A stretch of 64,000 nucleotides of DNA from an uncultured Actinomycetes bacterium (GTDB lineage Bacteria; Actinomycetota; Thermoleophilia; Gaiellales; Gaiellaceae): positions 139,231 to 203,230 of the forward strand of contig CAWFFI010000006.1 of the NCBI GenBank assembly GCA_963815005.1, in the 5' to 3' direction. Under the pieces are notes generated by a model. The model was not told where the DNA came from, did not search any database, and worked only from the letters and a program-made list of their open reading frames with translations. Of the stretch, positions 50,511 through 59,004 are shown one piece after another (the stretch's first letter is position 1; every line of letters starts with the position of its first letter). A program made the translations under genes and the position numbers.

Positions 50511-50581
50511 AGCTCGAGTCGCGCCAGGCGCGGTCGATCACCGTGGCGCCGGAGATCGACGTCAAGGAGGACGAGAACGGC

Positions 50582-50878
50582 ATGAGCTCGATCGGAGCGC
50601 TCGCAGACCCGAGCTGGCTCGCAACGTACGCGCCGGGGAACGTCGGCTACGCGGGCCTCGCCGCGGCGACCGTTTCCGAGCAGACGACGCTGTCCGCCCT
50701 GCTCGCGCCGCCGGCGGCCGCCGCGTCGCCGTTCTTCTCGACGCCGGCCTCGCTCGACGCGACGACGTCGGCGTCGGCGACCGCCGCGCTCGCGGCGGCC
50801 GAGGCCAAGAGCCCCACGCTCGCCGATCAGGTCGAACAGATCTCGAACGAGAACCGCCTACTCGACGTCCTCGCCTGA
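50582..50878 (+). CDS. Hypothetical Ala/Ser/Thr-rich small protein (98 aa)
   Basis: ATG 50582 is 11 nt after AAGGAGGA. No family recognised. Confidence 0.4.
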   Translation: MSSIGALADPSWLATYAPGNVGYAGLAAATVSEQTTLSALLAPPAAAASPFFSTPASLDATTSASATAALAAAEAKSPTLADQVEQISNENRLLDVLA

Positions 50879-51050
50879 CTGGCCGCACCACGGATCAGCC
50901 GGTGCCGCGACCGACCTGTGCGGGCGCGGCCCGAGACGCCGGGCACCTGAGCCGCGAGCGGCCCAGCCGGCTCGCACACGAGCGAGCGGAAAGCGGAGCG
51001 CTTGGGCACCGCGCCGAAGCGCGCGTTGCCCCAGCGCAGCGGGCGAAGCG

Positions 51051-51091
51051 GGAAACACCGAACGAACGAGAGCCGGCGCAGCCGGCTCTCG
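51051..51091 (-). terminator. Intrinsic terminator after tRNA-Ala
   Basis: 11-bp stem CGAGAGCCGGC / GCCGGCTCTCG (51067-51091), followed on the minus strand by TTCGTTCGGTGTTT. Confidence 0.55.
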
Positions 51092-51094
51092 GAG

Positions 51095-51167
51095 TGGAGC
51101 TAGGCGGGCTCGAACCGCCGACCTCCTGGGTGCGATCCAGGCGCTCTCCCAGCTGAGCTATAGCCCC
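51095..51167 (-). tRNA. tRNA-Ala(CGC): tRNA-Ala (anticodon CGC)
   Basis: Hand-folded cloverleaf. Acceptor GGGGCTA/TAGCTCC with the G3:U70 Ala identity pair; D arm GCTC/GAGC; anticodon stem CCTGG/CCAGG with loop AT-CGC-AC; T arm GGCGG-TTCGAGC-CCGCC. CCA is not encoded. Confidence 0.95.
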
Positions 51168-51214
51168 GCGGCCACAAAGTGTAGCGAGCGCGAAGGGCGA
51201 CCTACGATACGCCG

Positions 51215-52227
51215 GTGCCCGTCACGGCGACCTACGAGCTGCGGCCGCCGGAGTGGGCGGAGACGCTGGCGATCCTCCAGTCGGTCAGCCTTCCGGACGG
51301 CCCGGAGTCCGTGCGGGCGCGCGTCGTCTCCGTCGACGGGCCACGCGTGACGGTGGAGTTCCCGGCGCTCGCGGACGAGCTCTCCGCGGAGCAGCTGCTG
51401 GCCGTCTGCATCGCGGGCGAGTGGGCCGACCGCGGCGACTTCGAGTCGTGCCGGCTCGTCGAGATCGCCTGGCCGGACGGGCTGCCCGGGCCGGCCTTCG
51501 GCGCGGAGCCCGGCGTCTCGGTCGGCGCGATCGTGAAGCCGGCGCTCGGGTTGACGCCCGAGCAGGCGGGCGCGGTCGCGGCGGAGCTCGCAGCCGGCGG
51601 GGCGGTCTTCCTCAAGGACGACGAGCTGATGGCGAGCCCCGGGTACTCCCCGCTCGCCGAGCGGGTGCGCCGCATCGCGGAGCGGATCCCGCGCGGGGTG
51701 CGCTACGCGCCGAACATGACCGGGCCGCCGGAGGGGCTGCTCGCGCGGGCGGAGGCGGCGGTCGAGGCGGGCGCGGGAGCGCTGATGGTGAACGCGATTC
51801 CTGCAGGGGCTCGGCTCGATCCGCGCGCTGCGGGAGGCGAACCTCGGCGTGCCGCTCTTCGTCCACCGCGTCGGCTCGTCGTTCCTGCGCCGCGGCGGCG
51901 CGGTCTCGGTCTCGGCGCGCGTGCTCGCGGAGCTGACCCGGCTGCTCGGCGCCGACTACGTCCAGGTCGGGTCGTTCTCGCCGCGCACGTTCGACACCGA
52001 CGACGAGGTGCGCGAGCAGATCGCCGCGTGCCGGGATGAGCTCGGCGTCGCGCCGGCGACGGCGGTGCTCGGCGGCGGCGTCGGCGCGGAGAACGCGGCC
52101 GAGCCAGCTCGCGCGGGCCGGCACCCGCGACGGCGTCATGCTCCTGCTCGGCTCCGCCGCATACGCGCACCCGGACGGCCTCCGCGCCGGCGTCGCCGCC
52201 GCGGTGTCGGCGGCAACGCGCCCGTAG
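51215..52227 (+). CDS. RuBisCO large-subunit-like protein (form IV RLP-like, about 337 codons), two frame breaks (about 51797 and 52100)
   Basis: GTG 51215. Blocks present are VKPALGL (KPKLGL-like), FLKDDE, VHRVG, GGGVG and GSAAYAHPDG. The three homologous segments are in successive +1 frames, ending at TAG 52225-52227. Confidence 0.65.
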
Positions 52228-52245
52228 GTGGGGCATGTCCTCTGT

Positions 52246-52278
52246 GGCCATGTCCGGTGCCAGGCACCGGACATGGCC
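52246..52278. repeat. 33-bp perfect palindrome, repeat family copy 3
   Basis: GGCCATGTCCGGTGCC-A-GGCACCGGACATGGCC, the reverse complement of copy 2 at 18556-18588. Confidence 0.95.
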
Positions 52279-52349
52279 GAACGGCCACGCGGGTCACGGC
52301 GATCCCGCTCCGGGAGCGGAACCGGCCGGACAGACACGTCTCGAAGCCA

Positions 52350-52376
52350 CACGTCCGGTGCCTGGCACCGGACGTG
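52350..52376. repeat. 27-bp perfect palindrome, repeat family copy 4
   Basis: CACGTCCGGTGCC-T-GGCACCGGACGTG. Its centre is 101 bp from copy 3. It is flanked by a further inverted pair, GACACGTCTC (52333-52342) / GAGACGTGTC (52384-52393). Confidence 0.9.
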
Positions 52377-52396
52377 GCCCGGGGAGACGTGTCGGG

Positions 52397-53065
52397 TCAG
52401 GCGGTGAAGAGCGTCAGGTCGGGCTCGCGCTCGCCGCGCAGGACGGCGAGGTCGACCTCGACGCAGCGGAGGCCGCGCGACTCGGCGAGCGCGACCGCCT
52501 GCGGCTTCAGCCGCTGCGCGGCGAGGATGCCGCGGCAGCCCTCCTTGGCCGGGTCGCGGCGGATGAAGTCGAGATAGCGCGTCAGCTGCTCGACCGCCTC
52601 GATCGTGCCGATCCGCTTGATCTCGACCGCGACCCACTCCCCCGACTCGTCCTTGCACATCAGGTCGACCGGCCCCACCTCGGTCTGCCACTCGCGCCGG
52701 ACGAGCACGAGCTCCTCGCCGAGCGCCTCGGGCGCCGCCGCGAGCTGCTCCTGCAGGTCGCGCTCGACGCCGTCCTTCTGGAGCGCGGCCGACTCGCCCA
52801 TGTCGTGCGTCACGTCGCTCAGCACCTCGACGAGCCGGATCTCGAGCACGTCCTCGGTCTTCGGCTTGGAGACGACGAGCCGCTCGCCCTCGTCGACGAC
52901 GAACGTCGGCGCCGTCATCCAGTTCAGCGGCTTGTAGCCGCCCGCGTCGTCGTGGACGAGCACCGACCCGTCGTCCTTCAGGATCAGGAGCCGCACCGCC
53001 TCGGGCAGCAGGGCGTCCAGACGGCCGGAGTACCGGACCTCGCAGCGGGCGACGAGCAGGCGCAC
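52397..53065 (-). CDS. nucS: Endonuclease NucS (EndoMS)
   Basis: 222-aa uninterrupted ORF from GTG 53065 with typical NucS blocks (MRLLVARCEVRYSGRL, GPVDLMCKDESGEWVAVEIKR). Confidence 0.9.
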   Translation of the reverse strand: MRLLVARCEVRYSGRLDALLPEAVRLLILKDDGSVLVHDDAGGYKPLNWMTAPTFVVDEGERLVVSKPKTEDVLEIRLVEVLSDVTHDMGESAALQKDGVERDLQEQLAAAPEALGEELVLVRREWQTEVGPVDLMCKDESGEWVAVEIKRIGTIEAVEQLTRYLDFIRRDPAKEGCRGILAAQRLKPQAVALAESRGLRCVEVDLAVLRGEREPDLTLFTA

Positions 53066-53080
53066 GCCCGGAACGTACCG

Positions 53081-53107
53081 TCCGCTCCGGACATGGCCCG
53101 AACGGAC
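53081..53107. repeat. Degenerate (centre-collapsed) copy of the palindromic repeat family
   Basis: GTCCGCTCCGGACATGGCCCGAACGGAC. The right arm plus flank CCGGACATGGCCCGAACGGAC matches 18577-18597 at 20 of 21 positions. The central GTGCC-N-GGCAC is missing. Confidence 0.7.
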
Positions 53108-53179
53108 ATCTCGCCGCCGCCCGGCCGCCTACAATCGTTTGCGGCTTCCACCGGCGCCGGACCGACGAAAGGACCCCCC

Positions 53180-53770
53180 ATGGCCAGGATCAGCTTCAAG
53201 CTCCCCTCCCAGATCGACGACGCCGAGTGTCGCGGCTGGCTCCAGAAGGCGATCGCACGCGGGAAGCCGGGACCGGAGTTCCAGGCGATCCGCGCCCATG
53301 CGCCCGGCGTGATGCGCTCGTTCACGATGAGCCGGCAGTGGCTCTACCACGAGGGTGTGCTCGACTTCGACCTGAAGGAGCTGCTCCGCGCCTACATCGC
53401 CCTCTCGGGCGAGTGCACGTACTGCTCGAACCAGGGCATCGCCCGGGAGATCAACGCCGACAAGCCCCAGCTCGACAAGCTCTTCAGCCACGAGACCTCG
53501 GACGAGTACACGCCCCGGGAGAAGCTCGCCCTCCGCTACACGGACGCGATCATGTGGGATCCGGCGCGGGCCGACGACGCCATGTGGGAGGAGCTGAGGG
53601 CGGAGTTCACCGAGCCGGAGCTCGTGGAGCTCGGGTACTGGATCGGCTTCACGTTCGGCGGCCAGCGCTGGCTCAGGACCCTCGGCTCGACGCAGGGCCA
53701 GCTCCAGGAAGCCCTCGACGCGGCCAACGAGCCCGAGACGGTCTTCTCCGGGAACACGACCTCGGACTGA
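53180..53770 (+). CDS. Carboxymuconolactone decarboxylase (AhpD-like) family protein
   Basis: ATG 53180, 196 aa, CTYC (CxxC) motif in an AhpD-like context. Only the last third of track ORF 52235..53770 is real. Confidence 0.65.
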   Translation: MARISFKLPSQIDDAECRGWLQKAIARGKPGPEFQAIRAHAPGVMRSFTMSRQWLYHEGVLDFDLKELLRAYIALSGECTYCSNQGIAREINADKPQLDKLFSHETSDEYTPREKLALRYTDAIMWDPARADDAMWEELRAEFTEPELVELGYWIGFTFGGQRWLRTLGSTQGQLQEALDAANEPETVFSGNTTSD

Positions 53771-53868
53771 CACCGGCGGCCGGCGCCGCCCACGAACCGC
53801 TCCCGGTGTGCGACGATCGAGTCCTGCGGTCGATCGCGTTCCGTTCCACTCCGGAGGAGTTGAAGCCG

Positions 53869-54489
53869 ATGAGAACGTCCGCCCCGCAGATGCCCGCCCA
53901 GGCCGTGGCCGTGACCGCGGGCCTCCTCGTCGCACTCGCCGGTTGCGGCGGCGGCGGCGCGAGCACGACGACCGGCGCATCGCGCCCGGCGACGACCGTC
54001 GCGCCGACCACGACCGCGGCTGCCGCGACCACCGGCTCGACCCAGGCGGCCGCCGTCGACCCCTGCTCGCTGCTGACCGACGCGGACGTCGCGAAGCTCG
54101 CCCCCGGCCTCGGGCACGGGAAGCTGCAGACGGTCGCGGGAACCCAGATCTGCGAATGGCCGAACGCAAACGGGATTCCCGCCGTGCAGCTCCAGGTCAC
54201 CACGGCACCGAGCACCTCGCTGCGCAAGGAGCTCGCGAACCTGAACGTCGGCAACAGCGGCTACACGATCGTCGCCGTCGCGGGCGTCGGCGACGAGGCG
54301 GCCGCCGCGTTCCAGAAGGCGGATGCCTCGAAGGGGATCGCGGCGGGCCTCGCGACGATCGCGGCCCGTTCGGGCGGCACCGAAGTCTCGATCTCGACCC
54401 CGTTCGTCCAGGTGCTGCCGGGCTCGCCGGGCTTCACCGCCGCGAAGAAGCTCGCGTCCACCGCGATCTCGCGCCTCCCGGGCGGCTGA
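53869..54489 (+). CDS. DUF3558-like lipoprotein
   Basis: ATG 53869 after GGAGGAG. Lipobox LVALAGC, a Thr/Ala-rich linker, and the DPCSLLT motif I associate with DUF3558 lipoproteins. Confidence 0.6.
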   Translation: MRTSAPQMPAQAVAVTAGLLVALAGCGGGGASTTTGASRPATTVAPTTTAAAATTGSTQAAAVDPCSLLTDADVAKLAPGLGHGKLQTVAGTQICEWPNANGIPAVQLQVTTAPSTSLRKELANLNVGNSGYTIVAVAGVGDEAAAAFQKADASKGIAAGLATIAARSGGTEVSISTPFVQVLPGSPGFTAAKKLASTAISRLPGG

Positions 54490-54578
54490 CGCTCGGAGGG
54501 GCGCGGAGCGGACGCCTGGACGAAAGCCGTAGTTCTCCCCGATGTTCGGAGAGGTGCCCGCGTCGCACGATTTTCCCG

Positions 54579-54764
54579 ATGCTCGATCCCTCTCTTCTCG
54601 TGCTCTGCGAGCACGACCGCGAGCCGGGCGAATGCCCGATCTGCCGTGAGGACGAGTCGGAGCGCTCGATCTTCGACCCGTACGCGTGGGCCGAGGCGTA
54701 CGCCGCGACGGCGCGGACCGCCGACGAGGTCCCGCCCGTGCTCGTCGGCGTCCCGTTCGGCTAG
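54579..54764 (+). CDS. Small hypothetical protein (61 aa) with C-x9-C-x2-C
   Basis: ATG 54579. MLDPSLLVLCEHDREPGECPICRED.. No family recognised and a weak RBS. Confidence 0.35.
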   Translation: MLDPSLLVLCEHDREPGECPICREDESERSIFDPYAWAEAYAATARTADEVPPVLVGVPFG

Positions 54765-54878
54765 CCCGCCGGCCGGCATCCGCGTCCGACTCGCGACAAA
54801 ACCCCCACGTGCCGTCGGGGGCGGCCCGGATGCCTCCGACCCGCGGGCGCGGGACGATCCTCTCGAAAGGAGCTCCGC

Positions 54879-55865
54879 ATGGCCGCGTCCGGCTTTCCGG
54901 CAGGTCCCGACGGGTTCTTCAGCATCCGCCTCGAGTCCATCGGCGGGCTCGGCGCCCATCTGGCCGGGCAGATGCTCGCCGAGGCGGTCGTCCTCCGCCA
55001 GGGCCTGAACGCGTCGCACTTCTCCTCCTACGGCTCGGAGAAGAAGGGAACACCGGTGAAGTCGTTCGTGCGGATCGCGCCGTCCGAGCAGGAGATCCGC
55101 ACCTCGAGCCCGGTCGAGTCGCCGCAGGTCGTCGCGGTCTTCCACGAGGCGCTCGTCGGCTCGCTCGACGTGCTCGCCGGCCTCCCCGCCGACGGGACGG
55201 CGATCGTGAACACCGGCGCCGACCCGGACGAGCTGCGCGCGCGGCTCGGCCTCGAATGGGGCACCGTCGGCGCGCTCGACGCGCTCGGGATCGCGGTCGA
55301 GGAGAAGACGCGTGTGAACACGGCGCTCCTCGGCGCGGTCGTCCGCGCCTGCCCCGTGATCGAGCCCGACGCGGTGCGCGAGACGATCGAGGCGACGTTC
55401 TCGCGCCGCCATCCCGAGGTCGTCGAGGCGAACCTGCGCACGTTCGACCGCGGCTTCGAGGAGCTCCAGATGACGACGGTTGCCGCGCCCGCCGGCGCCG
55501 CCGGGCGCCCGGTCACGCGCCCTGCGCCGGCCTTCGGCTACCTCGACGCCCCGATCGGCGGCACGATCCTCGAGCCGGCGAACAGCATCGTCAAGGACAT
55601 GAGCACGTCGCGCGAGGGCTTCCTGCCCGAGCTCTCACTCGACGAGTGCGTCCACTGCGGGCTCTGCGACATCGTCTGCCCCGACCTCTGCCTCGTCTGG
55701 GAGGAGTCGGCCGAGGGCGTCCGCCTGCGCGGAATCGACTACCGGTACTGCAAGGGCTGCCTGAAGTGCGTCGAGGCCTGCACGACCGGCGCGATGGTCG
55801 AGCGCCGCGAGGAGCCGGGCTGGGCGGCCGAGCATCGCGTCGCCCTGTTCGGGGAGCTCGTCTGA
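54879..55865 (+). CDS. 2-oxoacid:ferredoxin oxidoreductase gamma subunit fused to a delta (2x[4Fe-4S] ferredoxin) domain
   Basis: Gamma-type block (GGLGAHLAGQMLAEA..SSYGSEKKGTPV) followed by CVHCGLCDIVCP and CKGCLKCVEAC. Uninterrupted. Confidence 0.8.
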   Translation: MAASGFPAGPDGFFSIRLESIGGLGAHLAGQMLAEAVVLRQGLNASHFSSYGSEKKGTPVKSFVRIAPSEQEIRTSSPVESPQVVAVFHEALVGSLDVLAGLPADGTAIVNTGADPDELRARLGLEWGTVGALDALGIAVEEKTRVNTALLGAVVRACPVIEPDAVRETIEATFSRRHPEVVEANLRTFDRGFEELQMTTVAAPAGAAGRPVTRPAPAFGYLDAPIGGTILEPANSIVKDMSTSREGFLPELSLDECVHCGLCDIVCPDLCLVWEESAEGVRLRGIDYRYCKGCLKCVEACTTGAMVERREEPGWAAEHRVALFGELV

Positions 55866-57193
55866 TGGCCGTCTCCGCCCGTCCGCGCCGCGCCGCCGCC
55901 GCCGCCCAGGTGCAGGAGTTCCGCTCCGGCAACGAGATGGCGGCGATCTCGGCGCAGCACATCGACTTCCACGTGATGGGCTACTACCCGATCACGCCCT
56001 CGACCGAGATCGCGGAGCTCCTCGACGAGCGCAAGGCGGAGGGCGCGCACCGGACGGTGATGATCCCCGCCGACGGCGAGCACGGCGCGGCGGGCATCTG
56101 CTACGGCGCCTCGGTCGGCGGCGGGCGCGTCTTCAACGCGACGAGCTCGCAGGGGCTCCTCTACGGGCTGGAGCAGTACCCCGTCCAGGCCGGCACGCGC
56201 TTCCCGATGCTGCTCGACCTCGCCACGCGCTCGGTCAGCGGCCCGCTCGACATCCGCGGCGACCACTCCGACCTCTACTACGCGCTCGACACCGGCTGGC
56301 TCGTCCTCTGCGCCCGCGACCCGCAGGCCGTCTACGACCTGAACGTCTGCGCGCTGCGCGCCGCCGAGCACCCGGATGTGCGGCTGCCCGCGCTGGTCGC
56401 CTTCGACGGCTTCTTCACCTCGCACCAGAAGCGGCGCGTCTCGGTCTTCGAGGATCCCGCCGTCGTGCGCGAGTTCCTCGGTCCGTTCACCGAGACCGTC
56501 TCGGCGCTCGACCCGGGGCATCCGATCACGGTCGGGCCGTACATGAACGACCCCGACCTGATCAACAACAAGTTCCAGCTCAACCTCGCGATGGCGGCCG
56601 CGCTCGGCGTGCTGCCCGACGTGTTCGCCGCCTACGAGCAGCTCTCCGGCCGCCGCTACGACCTCGTCGACTCCTACCGGATGGAAGACGCCGAGGTCGC
56701 GCTCCTGCTCGTCAACTCCGCCGCCGAGACGGCGAAGGACGCGGCCGACCGGCTGCGCGAGCAGGGCATCCGCGCCGGCGTCCTCAGCCCGAACGTCCTG
56801 CGTCCCTTCCCGGCCACGATCCTGCGCGACGCGCTCCGCGGCGTGCGCGCGCTCGTGATCGGCGAGCGCGCCGACTCGTACGGCTCCGGCGGCGGCCCCG
56901 TCTCGCACGAGGTCAAGTCGGCGCTGAAGGACGACCCGGAGAACGCGACGCGCTGCCTGACGAGGATCTACGGGCTCGGCGGCCGCGACTTCTACACCGA
57001 GGACGCGGAGGCGTTCTTCCGGCTCGCCCTGGACGCGCTCGACGGCGCGCCCGTGCCCGTGTTCGGCTACCACGGCGTCACGCCCGGCGACCCGGCGAAC
57101 CCGCCGCACCGGCCCGGCCTGCCGCCGCTCCGCCCGGAGGAGACGGTCAGCGGCCTCGTCCACGTGCACGACACGGGCAACGGGAAGCTCGAC
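55865..57193 (+). CDS. 2-oxoacid:ferredoxin oxidoreductase alpha subunit (no in-frame stop before the beta region)
   Basis: ATG 55865 overlaps the upstream TGA. PorA/VorB-type blocks (GNEMAAISA..YYPITPSTE, FNATSSQGL). The frame stays open past about 57190, where homology to beta begins in the +1 frame. Confidence 0.75.
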
Positions 57194-58191
57194 GGTCGAG
57201 GCGCCGCCCGCCTGGCAGCTCGCGGCCCGCCCGAAGCGCGTCGCGCCCGGTCACGGCGCCTGCCCCGGCTGCGGCGTGTTCCCGGCGCTCGACCAGTTCC
57301 TGCGCGGGATCGAGGGCGACGTCGTCGTCCTCTACCAGACCGGCTGCGCGATGGTCGTCTCGACCGGCTACCCGTACTCGTCGCACCGGGTCACGTACGT
57401 CCACAACCTGTTCCAGAACGGGGCGGCGACGCTCTCCGGCCTCGTCGAGATGTTCCACGAGCGCAAGCGGCGCGGCGAGCTCCCCGCCGGCGAGGACATC
57501 ACCTTCGTGATGGTCACCGGCGACGGCGGCATGGACATCGGCACGGGCGCCGCGATCGGCACCGCCCTCCGCAACCACCGCCTGATCATCGTCGAGTACG
57601 ACAACCAGGGCTACATGAACACGGGCGCGCAGCAGAGCTACTCGACGCCGCTCGGCCACCGCACCTCGACGAGCCACGTCGGCCCGGGCGAGCACGGCAA
57701 GTCGTTCCACCACCGCGACACGCCGCAGATCATGGCGGCGACGAACATCCCCTACGTCTTCACCGGCGTCGAGGGCTTCCCCGACGACCTGCTCGCGAAG
57801 GGCGCGAAGGCGCAGTGGTACGCATCGGAACGAGGGGATGGCCTACGGGAAGATCCTCATCTCCTGCCCGCTGAACTGGCTGACCGCGGATCGCGCCGGC
57901 ACCGACGTCGTGCGCACCGCGGTCGACTCGTGCTTCTTCCCGCTCTACGAGATCGAGCGGCACAAGACGTCGCTCACGTACGACCCGGAGCCGCTCGGCC
58001 GGCGCGTCCCGGTCGCCGACTGGCTGCGGACGATGGGCAAGACGCGGCACCTGACGAAGCCCGGCTTCGAGGACGACCTCGCGTCGATCGAGGCCGAGGT
58101 CGACCGCCGCTGGCGGCGGCTGAAGGCGATGAGCGAGCACCCGCGAGCTCTAGGAGACCGATGGCGAGAATCCTCGACAAGCTCGAGCTGA
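57194..58191 (+). CDS. 2-oxoacid:ferredoxin oxidoreductase beta (TPP-binding) subunit; start undefined, frame break near 57833
   Basis: PGHGACPGCG and TGDGGMDIG TPP motifs. The continuation (MAYGKILISCPLNWL..EVDRRWRRLKAM) is in the +1 frame. No start codon separates it from alpha. Confidence 0.75.
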
Positions 58192-59002
58192 CCCCGGTGA
58201 CCCGGCTCTTCGTCGTCGACGCGCCGCTCGTCGCGCAGCACGCGCGTCCCGGCCAGTTCGTGATCGTGCGCGTCGACGAGCACGGCGAGCGCGTGCCGAT
58301 CTCGATCACCGACTTCGACGCCGGAGGCGGGCACCGTGACGCTCGTCGTCCAGGAGGTCGGACGGACGAGCGGGCTGCTCTGCGCGCTCCAGCCGGGCGA
58401 GGAGCTCCTCGACCTCGCCGGCCCGCTCGGCCTCCCCGCCCCGCTGCCGGAGACGGGCCACGCGGCGCTCGTCGGGGGCGGCTTCGGCGCGGGCGCGATC
58501 TACCCGATCGCGCGCGAGCTGCGGCGGCGCGGCGTCCGGGTGACCTCGATCGTCGGCGCCCGCACGGCCGAGCTGCTGATCCTGCGCGAGCTGCTCGAGC
58601 GCGTGAGCAACTCCTACGAGCCGTGCACCGACGACGGCTCGCTCGGCTACAAGGGCTTCACGGCGGCGCGGCTGGCCGAGCTGATCGAGGCCGGCGCCGG
58701 CTTCACGAGCTGCTTCGCGGTCGGCCCGATGCCGATGATGCGCGCCGTCGCCGAGACGACGCGGCCGTCGGGCCTCGAGACGTTCGTCTCGCTCGACCCG
58801 ATCATGCTCGACGGCACCGGCATGTGCGGGGCATGCCGGATCACCGTCGGCGGCGAGACGCGCTTCGCGTGCGTGGACGGGCCCGTTCTTCGACGCGCAC
58901 GCCGTCGACTTCGACGAGGCGGTCGTGCGCTCGAAGATGTACGTCGACGAGGAGCGGGTCGCCCGCGAGCCGGTGCTCGTGGACGCGCTCGGAGGGGCGT
59001 AG
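58161..59002 (+). CDS. Sulfide/dihydroorotate dehydrogenase-like FAD/NAD-binding protein (NfnA/SudB-like), two frame breaks (about 58330 and 58885)
   Basis: ATG 58161 after AGGAGA. FNR-like fold blocks and the GTGMCGACR [2Fe-2S] motif. The three segments are in successive +1 frames, ending at TAG 59000-59002. Confidence 0.75.
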
Positions 59003-59004
59003 CG

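Noticed and set aside
50879-51215. tRNA-Ala as an integration hotspot (prophage or genomic island).
   Set aside because: No integrase, excisionase or phage-like gene lies on either side. I found no direct repeat of the tRNA 3' half nearby.
52235-53770. 511-aa track ORF spanning the repeat element, the nucS antisense strand and the AhpD-like gene.
   Set aside because: Only the last 196 codons (from ATG 53180) show family features. The rest reads through palindromes and the opposite strand of nucS.
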